From Octopus vulgaris (lineage: Eukaryota): a stretch of 64,000 nucleotides of DNA. Where the stretch lies: contig OX597817.1 of NCBI GenBank assembly GCA_951406725.2, forward strand, positions 131,440,001 through 131,504,000, in the 5' to 3' direction. Positions 1 through 14,066 of this stretch are shown here, in pieces. Below the pieces are notes generated by a model that worked only from the letters and a program-made list of their open reading frames with translations, did not search any database and was not told the DNA's origin. The position numbers and the translations under genes were made by a program. Within the stretch, counting starts at the first letter, position 1. Each line of letters begins with the position of its first letter.

Positions 1-54
1 CGCGTTCGATTCCAGGCAGTGACCTGAATAACAACAACAACAACAACAACAATA

Positions 55-103
<49 letters not shown>

Positions 104-120
104 TGATGATGATGATGATG

Positions 121-205
<85 letters not shown>

Positions 206-378
206 TACCTTAGGAATGAGAACCCACTTTCGAAATTTCCCCAAGCCACCTGATGAAGGCTGGAGGGTATATCAGCTGAAAAGTTGTGTTAGCAACAAAG
301 AAGATGAGGAGAAATATCCGTCAAATGTAAATAATGTAAATAATGTACATAATTCCTCATCTCTTAAATATAGAACTG
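1..378 (+). mobile_element. tRNA-headed SINE-like element with internal (AAC/AAT/GAT)n tract and hammerhead-containing 3' tail (copy 1, cut by window edge)
   Basis: B-box-like GTTCGATTCC at 4-13, then GTGACCTGAAT, a microsatellite, and a tail at ~206-378 nearly identical to the reverse complement of 32370-32545. Confidence 0.8.
245..290 (+). ncRNA. Minimal type I hammerhead ribozyme motif (mutated copy)
   Basis: GCCAC-CTGATGA-AGGCTG(GAGGGTATAT)CAGCT-GAAA-AGTT-GTGTT; the CUGAUGA core is intact but GAAAC is changed to GAAAA relative to copy 2. Confidence 0.65.
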
Positions 379-735
379 CATGCTTGTATTAATTTTGTGT
401 GTGCGTTTCGCAAGCTGAGCAAAGTATCCAACTTTAATTAGATACTTACAGGAACGCCAATCATTTCACTCTCTCTACCTCTATCTATTTCCCTCCTTTC
501 TCTGTCTAAGTTTCTGTTCCATTTTCTTTTATTTCTTTTTCTTCTTTTTACCCTTTTACTTCCCCCACTTGTTATTCTCTGATTTTTTTCCTATTTTTTT
601 CCTTTCGCTCGTACAACTAAGTTGTATAAGCATACACCAAAAAGTTTTCTGCGCGTGCGTGTGCGTGCGTGCCTACATATATATGCATTTGTATATATTT
701 GTTTTGCTTATATATATCTGTATATGTATGTAGGC

Positions 736-773
<38 letters not shown>

Positions 774-994
774 GTGTGTGTGTGCGCACGTCTCCGCGCG
801 AACGCACATGAGAGAAATAGTGAGAGAGAGATAAACTGATAAAGTAAATACAATTTACGATAAAATTTCTGAGTTTATCAGCGTCATCGGAGCAAAGCCT
901 TTAAATGTTGCCATCTGCTTTCGTTTATTGTTTACTCTTCTTTCCATATAGCGTGACCGACAGGTAACAATTTGCGTTTTGTTATATACGATAC

Positions 995-2215
995 GTTTGG
1001 TTTTTGCTTTGCTATTGTACATGCTGACTCCAAGTCTCACCTAGATATTACAAGAGACAACAAATTAGAAGTTCAAGTTGGCATTAATAATATTTCACCT
1101 GGAATATCGTTCTGCAGAATGTCTGTCAAACCAGAAAAAAATTAAGTTTGTTTCAGAATTAATTTGATGATAAGATGATAGCGTGATCTTAAAATGGCAG
1201 CAAAAGGTGTTTGATATAAGGTACTTTTAAAAGTACTTTTGATAATACTTACGGATCAAAATGTTTTTGGAATGACATAGACGATACTCCCCGTAGGATA
1301 TGTTCTTATCAGCACTATTTTTTGAATTTCTGTCACTTTTGGATTTCTTGGTATCTGAAATAGATAACAATCAGCCCTTTTTTTTACCATCATTACAAGG
1401 ACTTGTCAAATAGGCTTTTTATTGAAATGTTTTTGCTTTCTAATCTTTACACCACATAAAATCGTTAAGATCTGAGCAGATGCATAATAAAGATGACAGA
1501 GATCTGTAATATCAACATCATTAGTTGAAATTATATCTTTAAAGGCAAGGCGGATTTTATCATTTAATTTCAGGTTTCGGTCAGAGTTGTGAATATTTAA
1601 AAGAGTGTCATCATGTTCATCGGCACTGGCTTCCTTTTTTTCAGCAATTCAATCATGATTTGACGTTTTAGATCTTCTAGTTCAGTTGGGTCAATTTCTG
1701 TGAGACTCTCTTCATCTATTTGATTTTTCATCTTCCATGATATGTATGGCTCGCTCAGAAAGTATTTCACTTTACTTATCCGCTACATACACTCTGTCAT
1801 TACTGCGTTTTCATCAGACCATGGCTGGTCTGTAATTATTTCTTCAATAATACCTTCTTTAGCTGCATCTTCATTCCTTTTATCCATTAATCCTTTAATC
1901 TGATCAATCTGTAATTCAGTCAGTAATTTCATTTTGATAATGTTTCTTCTGACTTTGGCAAACTTGTAACTATCTATGCAGGATCTTATTTCAAGATGCT
2001 TCTCTCTCCAATTTAGGTAGGCTTGTTCAGAATTGGAATTAATTGTGGGGAAATACAGAGCACGATAGAAGGCCTTAAGAACTTCTTTATTATCTTCCCT
2101 GGACCATCTTTCACTCTTTTCTTTCGATTATTTGATGAAGGGCGTGGGTTGCCATATGTTGGAATATCCCTCCTTGGAGAATTTTAAGTCGAGTAAATCG
2201 CCATCACTAGTTATC
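995..2215 (-). mobile_element. Internally deleted R4/Dong-like non-LTR retrotransposon (N-terminal region fused to RLE C-terminus and 3' UTR)
   Basis: Minus frame reads RWSREDNKEVLKAFYRALYF (R4-type N-terminus) near 2050-2110 and ADCYLFQIPRNPKVTEIQKIVL (RLE end) near 1310-1380; the 3' UTR resembles 17300-17360. Confidence 0.7.
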
Positions 2216-2461
2216 TGTTTAAGCCTAGTACATAGTCTTTCAGATTTTTATATCGAACCGCTAAGTTAAGGGTACGTAAACACACCAAACGGGGGGGGGA
2301 ATAAACACAGCCAAACACACACGTATACACATGAACCCCCCACACATCCACCTACCCATATCTATCTATCTATCTATCTATCAAACAATTAATCTATATA
2401 TATAGAGAGATTAATTAAATATAGAGATAATCTATTGACAATCCAATAATATAATTAAATT

Positions 2462-2880
2462 TATATCTTTATTGCTCACAAGGGGCTAAACACAGAGGGG
2501 ACACACAAGGACAGACAAACGGATTAAGTCGATTATATCGACACCAGTGCGTAACTGGTACATATATAATCGACCCCGAAAGGATGAAAGGAAAAGACGA
2601 CTTCGGCAGAATTTGAACTCAGAACGGAACCGCAGACGAAATACCTGTTTCTTTACTACCTATAAGGGGCTAAACACAGAGAAGACAAAGAAGGACAGAC
2701 AAACGGATTAAGTCGATTTAGATCGACCCCAGTGCGTAACTGGTACTTATTTAATCGACCCCGAAAGGATGAAAGACAAAGTCAACCTCGGCGGAATTTT
2801 AACTCAGAACGTAGTGGCAGACGAAATACCGCTAAGAATTTCGCCCGACATGCTAACGATTCTGCCAGCTCGCCGCCTTA
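2462..2880 (-). mobile_element. tRNA-derived SINE, family A, with internal tandem duplication
   Basis: Head GGCGGCGAGCTGGCAGAATCGTTAGC and body GCCGAGGTYGACTTTGYCTTTCATCCTTTCGGGGTCGAT, recurring more than 10 times in the window. Confidence 0.85.
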
Positions 2881-2949
2881 TTATTAATATTACAATATTA
2901 CATTGAATACTATGAATAATATTCATATTATGCAATATTATCTGCTTTT

Positions 2950-4440
2950 AGCCCTGAGCTCCATAGCGAGTGATGAGTGTGCTTCTGGTCTACATCAGCT
3001 TATTTTCTAGGGTGCTACATATTTGCCATGCAGAGATTTTTTCCCATCTATCAGCCAAATGTTCAAACGCATTTTGCTTTGCTATAGATTTCATCTTCTT
3101 AGCAACTACAGTTGCCGTACTTCCATCATGCTGTCCAACCTGGATATTATGCATAAATTCACTAGCAAACTTTTTTCTCTCCTTCATAACAGAATGAAGC
3201 TTCTTATGTCTCTTGTGGTTTACAACGAGTTCTAGCATCCAGTCGTTAGATGTATCAATATATTTTGCCAGTCCAATTACAGTGCGAGATTTCAAATTGA
3301 GATCAAGCCTCGACCTCCTTGGTCCGTCTGCCTCTGCCTTTGGGAAATGCATCTACTTTTGGTTGATGCATCTTATTGCAACTCAGCAGCTTACGGGTTT
3401 TTCTGTCGATTTTCTTTATTTCTCTGAAGAATGTTTTCTCATTAGATGTGAGCAGCTTATTTCGCTTGTAAAACTTGTTTCTCTTCTCAAATCTTCGTAT
3501 TCTCTGACCTTCGGCTTGCACGTTTTGTTGCAGTTCTTCTCTTTGTGAGGATCTTCATTTGCTCTTCGTTTGTCTTCTTTTCGAAATTTACATTGTTTTC
3601 AAAGATTAGTTAATTTGATATTGATATTTACATCGTTCATTAATTCAATCTCTTTTTCAATTATTACTTCTCCAGTTCGGAATTTTTTCAAGGTTTATAT
3701 TCCTTTGATTTTCAGAGGCATAGAACTGGTTTCAATTGTCTTAGCAGATGCGTAAATAATTTCATTTAACTCAGGATTATCAGGTTTTAATTGTATGATT
3801 TGTTGTTGCATAGTTACTGATTTTTATTTGTTTATTTTTTAATTATTTTGGATTGCATTTGAGAGTTTAAGAAGTGGTTCACTCTCATACATATTTGCAT
3901 GTCTTGCAACTGCAAAATTATTCCTTATTTTCTGCTTCATTTCTATCATAGACGCTCTGCGTTCATCAGAAACTGTGTGGTCTTCAAATACTGTTTCTTT
4001 ACCACTTTTCTCGTTATCTTTATCAGGTTCATTTTAATTTATTTCTTCTGACTTTTGCGTGTTATGGTCAGAAGGCAGTTTTTCAATTGAGATATGCGAA
4101 GAGCTTCTCTCTTCATCTTATTCTTCATTTCCTTTCTGTCTTATATTTCGACATTTGATAAGAGTGTTTCTTTTCACGTGGCCTACCAAATGCATAGTAA
4201 TAAGCATGTACCACTTCCTTGTACTCATCGTGGGTCCATTTGATCCTCTTACGTTTTTCTTACTGTGGTGTGTTTGGTGGTGGGGCAGTTCCCGTTCAGG
4301 TGACGATCCTGATTCGTATTCAGAGAAAAATCTGTGTCAGTGGCTGATGTTTTGAACCCAGGCTGGCTCTCGCCCTTGTGCGAAACGCGATTCTAGAGTA
4401 ACCATAGCACAAGCGATTTGGTGTAGTCTTAATTTTCCTT
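2950..4440 (-). mobile_element. R4/Dong-like element lacking the RT core
   Basis: N-terminal WTHDEYKEVVHAYYYA near 4190-4240; ORF 3303-3521 joins the pre-RT RRFEKRNKFYKRNK motif directly to the post-RT IDRKTRKLL..MHQPK motif. Confidence 0.75.
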
Positions 4441-4778
4441 TTTTGTTTCATAATACATTTTTGTGCTACATTATCATCATTAGTACTGAACCTTGTGTGG
4501 CTGATGTAGAAGCTGTTATTATTTCTGCCACTATTATAAACTCAGTCATTATTACCGTTAGAATTACCTCTACTAAGCAATTACAGTAGCAGTGGATATC
4601 GCTAGTTACCACCACTACTGCCATTGTTCCTATCCTTGCGGACACACTGGTATCTGAGGCAGGTAGTAATCAGCCCCGTTTGCTGTCATTCCTAGGGCAC
4701 CTATAACAACAAGTATTGTCTTAGTCTTGAGGTTCGACATTTTGCCGATTTCTATTTCCAGATCTTTATACTTGCTCA

Positions 4779-4886
<108 letters not shown>

Positions 4887-4919
4887 TGTAGTAGTAGTAG
4901 TATTTACTTTTAATCTGCA

Positions 4920-6720
4920 TGTTACAGTCACTTGTGGAGACACACCCAGCATCCTGAGGCTAGTGCAAGATAAGAGATGTTATAGTGTGACTGAAAGCTT
5001 GGGGAGGGGAAGTAGTGAAATATCTTCATGGAATACAACACAGACATTTAAATTGATAGGGTTTTTCTAAGGATGTGGGCAGTACTTATCAGTACAATCT
5101 TTTGGATTTCTCTGAGACATGGCTCTCCTGGGATCTTATGTAGGTGTTTCTGACATCCCTTTTTTTTATCATACCTAGGGCTCCTACAATGATAAGACAG
5201 TTCTCGCTTTAAGATGCCACATCTTTCGTATTTCAATTTCCAGGTCCTTATGCTAACTTAGTTTGTCAAATTCCTTTACAGATATATTTTTATCATTGGG
5301 AAGACTTACATCTACTAGTCTACAAGTATTTTCCTACTCTTCAATAATTATGTCTGGCCGATTAGCCTGGATCTTTTTGTCAGTGTTGACTGGAAAATCC
5401 CAGAGGATAGTAACGTTTTTACCTTCAACGACTGGCTCGGGTTAATGGTCAAAGCATTAAGCAGTAGTGTTGATTTTGTAGTGTTTACATATTTTCCAGT
5501 GTAAATACTGTCCTCAACTATCGTGGTGATTTTTGTATTCGTTTGGTGTCAATACAGGACATCCCGAGAGGAGATGGCCTATTGTTTCGTCAAATGTGTC
5601 GCAGAATCTGCATTTAGGGTCAGAACCGTTTTGAAGAGCGTTAGCCTGGTAGTTTTTTGTAAGTAGGCTTTGATCTTGTGCCGTCGATACGAAACCTTCA
5701 GTCTCTGCCTTTAGTGCTGAGCTTCTCACTCACTGAAGGGTTGTTGCTTTATCTATATCAGCATTTCGACTTCGAAGTATATATTTTCCATGCAGAGGGC
5801 TTCTGGCTCCACCGCTCCTCAATTTGTTTCTGTCCGTTCTTTTTACAGTCTGCTTGACTCATTTTGCTTGTTTTGCGGCAGTGGTTTCAGGTTCTTCAAA
5901 TATTTCAGGATTAATACCAAGTTCCCTTGCGAAATTGCAAGCTTCCTTGACAATAGAATGCGATTTTTTGCTGCTTTTGTGTTTGCACACAAATCGCAGC
6001 GTCTACTTCTCTGTACTGGATAAGTACCTGTTCATTGCTATTGTGGAGGTCTTATAGCATAATTATACCTGTATCATTGCTCTTTCCCCATAACGTCTAG
6101 GTAGGTACAGACATCTGCTTTTGGGTGGTGCATGTTCTTAGAAGTTAGTAGTTTTCTTGTCTTCGCTATCTAATTTAATGGAAGTTGTTAGCCTGAGCTT
6201 GCCTCTTACAAAAGTTGCTTTAGCGCACTTTTCAAGGCCAAAATTCATCTTAATGTCATTGCTGAACTCTTTAAAAGCTGTTACCAGCCCTACTAGCTCT
6301 TCGTCATTTCTAGCAAACAGCTTCAATACGACAACAAGACAAATATTTTATTTTTGTATTGTAAACGTTGAACCCATACCTGGTGTTATTTAGTTCGATT
6401 GAGAGTGGGATCAGTGCCATGCAAAAGAGTAATGGGAGAAAGGGAGTCACCTTGAAAGATGCCTCGTTTGATATTGATACTGTTAGTTTAGCTCATCTCA
6501 TTACTATGGTTTAGAAGGGGACTTGTGTTCTACTTGGCCATGCTACCTTGTAAGAATTTAGAGACGACAGGAGAAGTCTTATATTTCTGAAGGGCCTTGA
6601 GTAGCCAATAATGTGGGACACTATAAAACGCTTTCCTGTTGTCTATCCACGCTATTCTCAGGTTCTTCTTGCTCCGGCAATGCTCTATCATTTTACTTAA
6701 GAGTAATTGATCTATTTTAT
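4920..6720 (-). mobile_element. R4/Dong-like 3' half (RT motifs, CCHC zinc knuckle, RLE), pseudogenised
   Basis: ORF pieces AWIDNRKAFYSVPH, KLFARN..FGLEKCAK and CRFCDTFDETIGHLLSGC; flanked by (TAT/TAG)n and (TAC)n tracts. Confidence 0.85.
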
Positions 6721-6781
<61 letters not shown>

Positions 6782-6949
6782 GTTGTATTTGTTGTTGTTG
6801 TTGCTGTTGATTCCTTTCATTATAACTTATTTCAGCTGCCTTAGTACCGGGCATCATACGGAGCCAAGAGCAGCCAGGGCACTTTTGTTTTGCTATGCAT
6901 GCTAAAATTATCTCCACATTTATTCCACTTTAGATGGAGACTGCTTTCC

Positions 6950-7700
6950 GTAGTCTATGGGCTGTACCCATTAAGGTTATCTTTCGTAGTTTACTGAGAT
7001 TGGAGTTACCAGAGTGTTGCTTAATATATTTCTCAGCTCTCTTCTTTATCATTCTCAATACACCAATTACTCCTGGATTATCGTAGTACTAAGCTTCCAC
7101 ATTTTTGTGATTTCAATTTGCAGATTTTTATAGTGAGAAAGCTTTTCGTATTTCTGTCTTGAGACATTTTGATCTTGTGGGACAGACATATTAACTGACA
7201 GGTTCCTCTGTTGTAGTCCTTGATCACAATGTCTGGTCGATTGGAGTCAGTTTTTCTGCCCGTTTGTATTGGGAAGTTCCAAAGGATGGTGATGGCCTCA
7301 CCGTTTCCTACATCCTCTGGACGGTGCCAGTACCGCTTATCATGGGACTCTATTGCAAGCATCCCAGTTGATGTACTGCCCTAGTTTGTCATGTCTTTTG
7401 AGGTACTCCTTTTCAGCGAGGAGTGGGCAACCATAAACAATATGATCAATTGTCTTTGTGATTTTTCCGCAAATTCTGAACGAGGGGTCAGATCCATCTT
7501 TAAGGACGTTTGAATGGTAATTTCTGGTAGGTAAGCTCCAATCTTGCGCTGGAATAACAAAACCTTCTGTTTCCCTTTGTCAGACATGTCCCTTGTAGCC
7601 ATTGGTGTGTTAGATTTTGATCAATATCTGGTTTGGATGAGCAGTTAAGGTATTTTCTATGCAGGAGTTTGCCTTTCCAGTTGTCTTCGATATTACCATT
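6950..7700 (-). mobile_element. R4/Dong-like C-terminal RLE fragment
   Basis: ILWNFPIQTGRKTDSNRPDIVIKD (RPD motif of the RLE) in ORF 7078-7362. Confidence 0.8.
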
Positions 7701-7993
7701 CTTCTTCTTCTTCTTCTTCTTCTTCTTCTTCTTCTTCTTCTTCTTCTTCTTCTTCTTCTTCTTCTTCTTCTTCTTCTTCTTTCTTCTTCTTCTTCTACTT
7801 CTTCTTCTTCTTCTTCTTCTTGTTACTACTACTACTACTACTACTACATCAACAACTACAACAACAACTACTACTACTACTACTGTTACTGCTGCTACTG
7901 CTGCTACTGCTGCTACTGCTGCTGCTGCTACTACTACTACTACTACTACTACTACGACTACTACTACTACTATTATTATTATTATTATTATTA

Positions 7994-8052
<59 letters not shown>
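7699..8052. repeat. Compound trinucleotide microsatellite (TTC)n-(TAC)n-(TGC)n-(TAT)n
   Basis: Read directly from the sequence. Confidence 0.98.
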
Positions 8053-8405
8053 GATCCATATATTTAATAATACTTGCTGGAATTTTTCGGACTCTTCAGG
8101 ATTTCAATTTATCTCCTTCCTTCCTTTCGATTATTGCATTATTGCACTTGTTAGCTGTGAGTTCCGCAACATTTCTGGACCTGCAGAACTTGTTCTTTCA
8201 GTATTTGATGATCACGTCGTTCACTGCAACTCTGTTCTCAGATTATTTCTTTTCGGATATACTCCTAGAATGATATTCCAAACAAGGATCTTTCCCTGGC
8301 TTTCTGAGCTACTGTTCTTCCTTCTCCATAATACCCACATTTCACTTGTGTTACGGTTTTATATATTAGTATACGTAACGCAGTGTGAGTGTACGTATAT
8401 GGTAG

Positions 8406-8468
<63 letters not shown>

Positions 8469-8542
8469 GAGTTTCTTTGCTCTAGGAGTTGGGAAGACAC
8501 TCGGCAAGAAATGGAAGCAAATTTGAAAGAAGAAAAAAAAAA

Positions 8543-8604
<62 letters not shown>

Positions 8605-8607
<3 letters not shown>

Positions 8608-11172
8608 ATCAGGTACTTAGATCTGACATAGAATGTTTAAAAAACATCAAGTTTAACAAGAATAATTCGAAAATTAAACAAAATGTATAGTATGAAAACC
8701 ATACCTGACAGCGATACCACCATAGAAACTATAAAGCAAAAGGTATGTGCTAAAGTTTCCTGCATAACACGGTGTGAAAAGCGCGTTAGATTCTTCAAGA
8801 ACAACAACATGTTCAAAAATAACCAAAAACTTTTTTAAAGGAAGATAGAGAAAATACCAGTTAACATAAAGTCTGTCCCATCAAAAGAAATGCTGGAATT
8901 TTGGAATAAAATTTGGGCAGAACAAAAAACAATAAAAAGGCCTCTTGGATTGATAGAATATCTGCTAACTTAGACTTCTTAAAAGATCAAAAGTGGGAGA
9001 GTGTCAAGGTAGAGGTTTTAAAATCTGCTCTCAGGAAGGCAAACAAATGGAAGTCTCCAGGAAAGGATAACATTCATAACATCTGATTGAATGCCTTCCC
9101 AGACAGTCATGAACTACTAACAAAACCTTACAACAAGGTTTTGTAACAACCTAGTATGATTTCCGCTTGGCTAGTTAATGGTGTAATATTCCTACTTCCA
9201 AAACATGAAGAAACAAATGAACCAAAAAATTATAGACCCATAACCTGCTTAACAATAATGTACAAAATACTATCATCTGCCTTGACTGAATATACCTATA
9301 GTTTTTTAATAGAAAGTGACATATTCCCTAATGAACCAAAAGGATGTAAACGTAAGTTCTATGGTTGTAAAGATCAGCTACTCATCAATAAGATGATCTT
9401 AGAATATTGTCACAAACGACACAAAAACTTGTCAATACCTGGATAGACTATAAAAAGGCTTTTGATAATCTATCACATAGCTTGATTAAGAAATGCCTGG
9501 AAATATATAAAATAGCGCCTATTCTGCGAAACTTTTTGTCTGTAAGTATGAGATCATGGAGAACCACACTAACTTTGAACAGTGACGATGAAACTCTAAA
9601 TGCTGGTGATGTAAACATTTCATGTGGCATTTTCCAGGATGTCTCTCCATCACAATTCCTTTTTTGTCTATCCTTAATACCTCTCTCTTACATGGAGGAT
9701 TTAAAACTCTTTGCAAAAAATGACCAACAACAACCACAGGGCTTACTAGTAATTATTAAGTAATTCAGTGATGACATCAGGATACAATTTGTTTTCGATA
9801 AATGTGCAAAAGCCACCTTTATCAAAAGATAAATGATGGAAACAACCAACGTTAATCTTGTCCAGCAGAATGTCATAAAGGATTTAGAACCAGCGGAGAG
9901 CTACAAATACCTAAGGATATTTGAAGTTCAAGGAATTAAACATTCAATGATGAGAGAAATGATAAGAAAAGAATGCTATTGCATGGTTAGGGAAATACTC
10001 AAAACAGAGCTGAATGCAAGAAACAGGATCGAAACGATCAATACTTTAGCCATACCGGTCGTGAAAAGTATGAAAAGTTTGTGACAGAGCATAGAATGCA
10101 CCATCCTAAGACAGGTATAAAACGAATTTATCTGCTAAGAAAAGAGGGTGGCCGTGGACTTTCACACCTGGAATTAACAATGAAGATTACCACAATTGGC
10201 CTAAACACCTACGTGAAAAACTTTGATGATTGGATTTTAAAACGTGCCTTAAAGCATGAAATCACGAAATCATACTCAGTAAAATAACAGGCAAAAAAAT
10301 ATCTAAACGAATTCCAAATACAACAAATCCCAGAATTAGACATACTGGAAAGAAGCACAGAAAAAGCTGAGTATATGAAAACCTGTACTAAAACTGCTTC
10401 CTTAGATATTCTTACTGATAAATGGCAAGAAAAACCTCTCAATACCCAAAGAGAGCTAATAATACCGATGTTAACAAAGCGTTTATTCATCAGTGGCTAA
10501 TTTCTTTTGGTTCAAAATCAGAGACAGAAGGGTTGACCGTAGGAACCCAAGATCAATGCCTACTTACAAGGAGCTACCAGACCTACCAGAAACTGAGCAA
10601 GTATAAAGACTTTGAAATAGAAAGTGGCAAAATATGGAACCTCAAACCTAAAACGATACCTGTTGTCATAGGTGGCCGAGGAATTATAGCAACTGGGGCT
10701 GATTGCTACCTATCTCAGATATCAGGAAATCTAAAATTGGAAGAAATTCGAAAAATAGTGCTCATGGGAACTGCCCATATCCTACGTAAAATAGTTTCTA
10801 TGTAATGCCCAAAATATTTTAATCTGTAAACAGTGTCAAAATACTCTTAAAAGTACATAACAGCAAACGCCTTTTACTGTTATCTTAACATCAGACTCTC
10901 ATCTTGGCGGTGCCCCAGCATGGCCACAGCTCGTGAGCTGAAACTAGATAAAATAAAATATAATAAAAATCGTATAATATAAATTACTTTTAAAACAAAT
11001 TTTTAATTTACTTATATTTTGACAGATTCTCTAGAACAATACTCTGTGCAAAACCAAATATATGGTGCCCTAGTCATAACACCTACTTGAAATTCTAACT
11101 TGTTGTCACTTGAGGTCTGTGGGTGAGATTTAGAGTTAACTTGTACTAATACAAAGCAAAAGCCAAACATAA
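8605..11172 (+). mobile_element. R4/Dong-like non-LTR retrotransposon, the longest copy in the window, with frameshifts, stops and deletions
   Basis: [47 protein letters not shown] and IPVVIGGRG..KIVLMGTAHILRK; preceded by (AAT)n. Confidence 0.92.
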
Positions 11173-11174
11173 CG

Positions 11175-12430
11175 AGTGAAAGGAGAATGCTTGCTGAGTA
11201 CTCGATAAATAGTGATGAAGACCTGCTGCAATATGCCGCGAAACATATGGGTGTAAATGCAGATGAATTTCACAAGAAATAATATAAACATGTAACAAGT
11301 AAGGCACAAGACAACGACCAATCCACAATCATCTGGGATATGCCTGTTCAAACGGGCAAAGAAATTACAGCTAATCACCCAGACATAATAATCAAAGATT
11401 TCGAAGAAAGTACCTGCTTATTGATAGACATTGCGGTCTCTTCTGAACAAAATATTCTCCAAAAGGAGCTGAAAAAATTGTCAAGTACAAATACACCGAA
11501 ATGGACGTATTCAAAACGTGGGGCATGAAGGTGAAAACAATATCATTAATAATTGGGGAATTGGGCATGATAAAAAAAGCCCATATGAACAAAAATGTAG
11601 AAGCTATACCTGTATCCTCAACAATGCACAGTCCAATAAATAGCCCTACTAGGAACAGCCCACATTTTACGGAAAACACTATCAATTCAATAATACAACC
11701 AAAAGAAAATAATCTACTAGTACAAGACACTCTATATAGTAAATATCCAATAAAATAAGCAACCACCAGCAGACTAGTTACCCAACGCATTACACACACA
11801 ATACATAATACAAACACTAATACAACAAAAGGCTGCACCATTCCCCAAACAAAAAGAAACTGGCGCAATACAAAATCGAGAACTCCCCACAACAAAAAAG
11901 AACATACGATACTGCATACACCCCTACAACAGGGAAGTGTATCAGGTGATGCAATAGAAATGTGTCTGAAACATCTGAAGAATGAAGAATAATAGTAATT
12001 CCACAGACATCACCGTGTGGGGACCTATATATACTGGAATCTATTCCAACACTGTTGAATGACAATAGAAAAAGATTGTATAGGAATATCCCAGAAATGG
12101 TCTCAGAAAATGACAATGCGAACATACTCTGGGATATGCCAATATACACGGATAGACATCAAGGCTAATAGGCCGATTACATTTATCAGATATTATCAAG
12201 ACAAAATGCCTTGTAATCGAAGTGTCAGTACCAACAGTTGACAATGTATCTCTAAAAGAAGAGAGAAGCTTCACCAATACAAAGATCTGGAAATAGAGAT
12301 AACCCTGATGTGGGGCCTAAAAATAGAAACAATCCCTTTAATAATAAGTGCATTTGGTATGATTAAAAAACATATTCATAAACGCATAACCAAAACATCA
12401 GGACTTACCAATATATAAACTGAAGCCCCA
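11175..12430 (+). mobile_element. Two further RLE-domain fragments of R4/Dong-like elements
   Basis: WDMPVQTGKEITANHPDIIIKD at ~11335 and WDMPIYTD..IKANRP at ~12130. Confidence 0.75.
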
Positions 12431-12543
12431 AAGAAACATCGCACAAATACTAAACAGGACAGAATGCCATAGCATTGATTGAAGAGTTCTAATTAAGAAA
12501 CCGTTCTTTCCTAATGGTAAAACGTCATTTCCTGAAACACTTT

Positions 12544-12646
12544 TGACGTCACATGGTGTCACGTGATGTCGGAGTGTGTTGGATCCAAAGAGATGAACTC
12601 AATATCTCGTGCGGACACCGTTGGCGTTGATTACCGCCAGGTATCT
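12544..12646 (+). promoter_or_regulatory. Candidate promoter / first exon
   Basis: CRE TGACGTCA at 12544-12551, E-box GTCACGTGA at 12558-12566, ATG at 12593 opening MNSISRADTVGVDYRQ, then CAG|GTATCT; locally CpG-rich, non-repeat sequence. Confidence 0.25.
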
Positions 12647-13038
12647 TCTGTACGTTATTTTAATTTCATCCGCCGGTTTAACTCATTTAACCTTTATTTT
12701 CCATTTGCTGGTTCAAATTTAACCTTCACAACTTAGTATTCCTTCTGATATGTTTTTCACACCTTATTTTAAATTTCTTGCTACTTCATCAGTTGTTATA
12801 CACCACTTCGTAGAATATTTCTCTATTTCTAAATTTAGATTCCTTCTTCACCTTTAATTCATTGCTTCTTTTTTTGGTAGCGCATTTTCAAACCTAATGA
12901 TTGCGCAGTATTTGCAGCACTCATTTTTTTTTGTTTACTGCTATTAATTAAGTTCTACATGCTCATACACACGCACACTAGAAGATGTATACAAACATAA
13001 ACGCATACATACAATCATAAACACACTCATACATTCTT

Positions 13039-13072
<34 letters not shown>

Positions 13073-14066
13073 TCACACACACACACTGTCTCAATGTTTC
13101 TAATTTTGTCTCCTACTTGTCAAACACATATTGTTAAAATACTTGACAGTCGATGTCATGCTCAAGAAGAACAACCTCTCTGACCGCGCCGCCAGATTCT
13201 AGTCAAGATTTTTGTCTTCACCTCCAATTTCTCAATATCAAAAAGACAGATACAAAATCTAAAGATAAAGGAGAATCATTGTGTATTATTGTGATAAAGA
13301 GATATTTTAATATGACTTAAAGACCTCCAAGTTTAACATTACCATCTGGTCGTTGGGTGAATTGTTGCGAGGTTGATTGCGATGTAAACGTTCAAGCGGA
13401 AACACAACGCTGGGCAAAATGCTTAGCGTCATTTTGTCCGTCTGTAAGTTCTGAGTTCAAATTTTGCCGAGGTCAACTTTGCCTTTCATTCTCTCGAGGT
13501 CGATAAAATAAGTATCAGTCGATCAGTGGGGTCGATATATCGACGTTATTCCTCTCAAGAAACTGCCGGCCTTGTGTCAAAATTTGAAACCATTATCATT
13601 TTGTTGTTGCAATCTTCCATTTTTTTCTAACTACTAATCACAAATATGATTTTCGTACAGAAATATCGAAATTTCTACGCCATCTTACGGTAGCTTGTCT
13701 TTGAGGATTTCAAAGAAAGCAACATTGTTGCCATTAACATCAAAACATTATTGGATCACATCCGTTTTATAAATTCCGACTCGTCTCTAATTTATTGGAA
13801 ACGTGTTGGAATAAGACATCAATTCACTACAGCTTCTATAGAATCCACACCCCGTCTGTTCTAAATCGCTCAGAAACAATCTTTGCGCAAATTATAGCTA
13901 ATACACAATCGCTGATAAAATTTTGTGGTTACTACAAATCTAGATGCTAAATACATATAGCCCTCCCTATAGATAAATGCAATTCTGAGCTCATATACTG
14001 AAATTCCTATTTCTAGAAAAATCTTTATAGTCATAACTATAGATAAAATATAATCTGTGGCATGTA

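Noticed and set aside
4330-4440. Possible HDV-like ribozyme at the 5' end of an R4/Dong copy
   Set aside because: Could not assemble the nested double pseudoknot by eye; needs a covariance-model search
7500-8606. Long ORFs with poly-L/I/Y/N/K runs, and the many YIYI/MYVC/HTYI ORFs elsewhere
   Set aside because: Translations of microsatellites, not genes
12760-12800. Minus-strand CTGATGA..GAAA
   Set aside because: The intervening bases cannot form stem II; chance match
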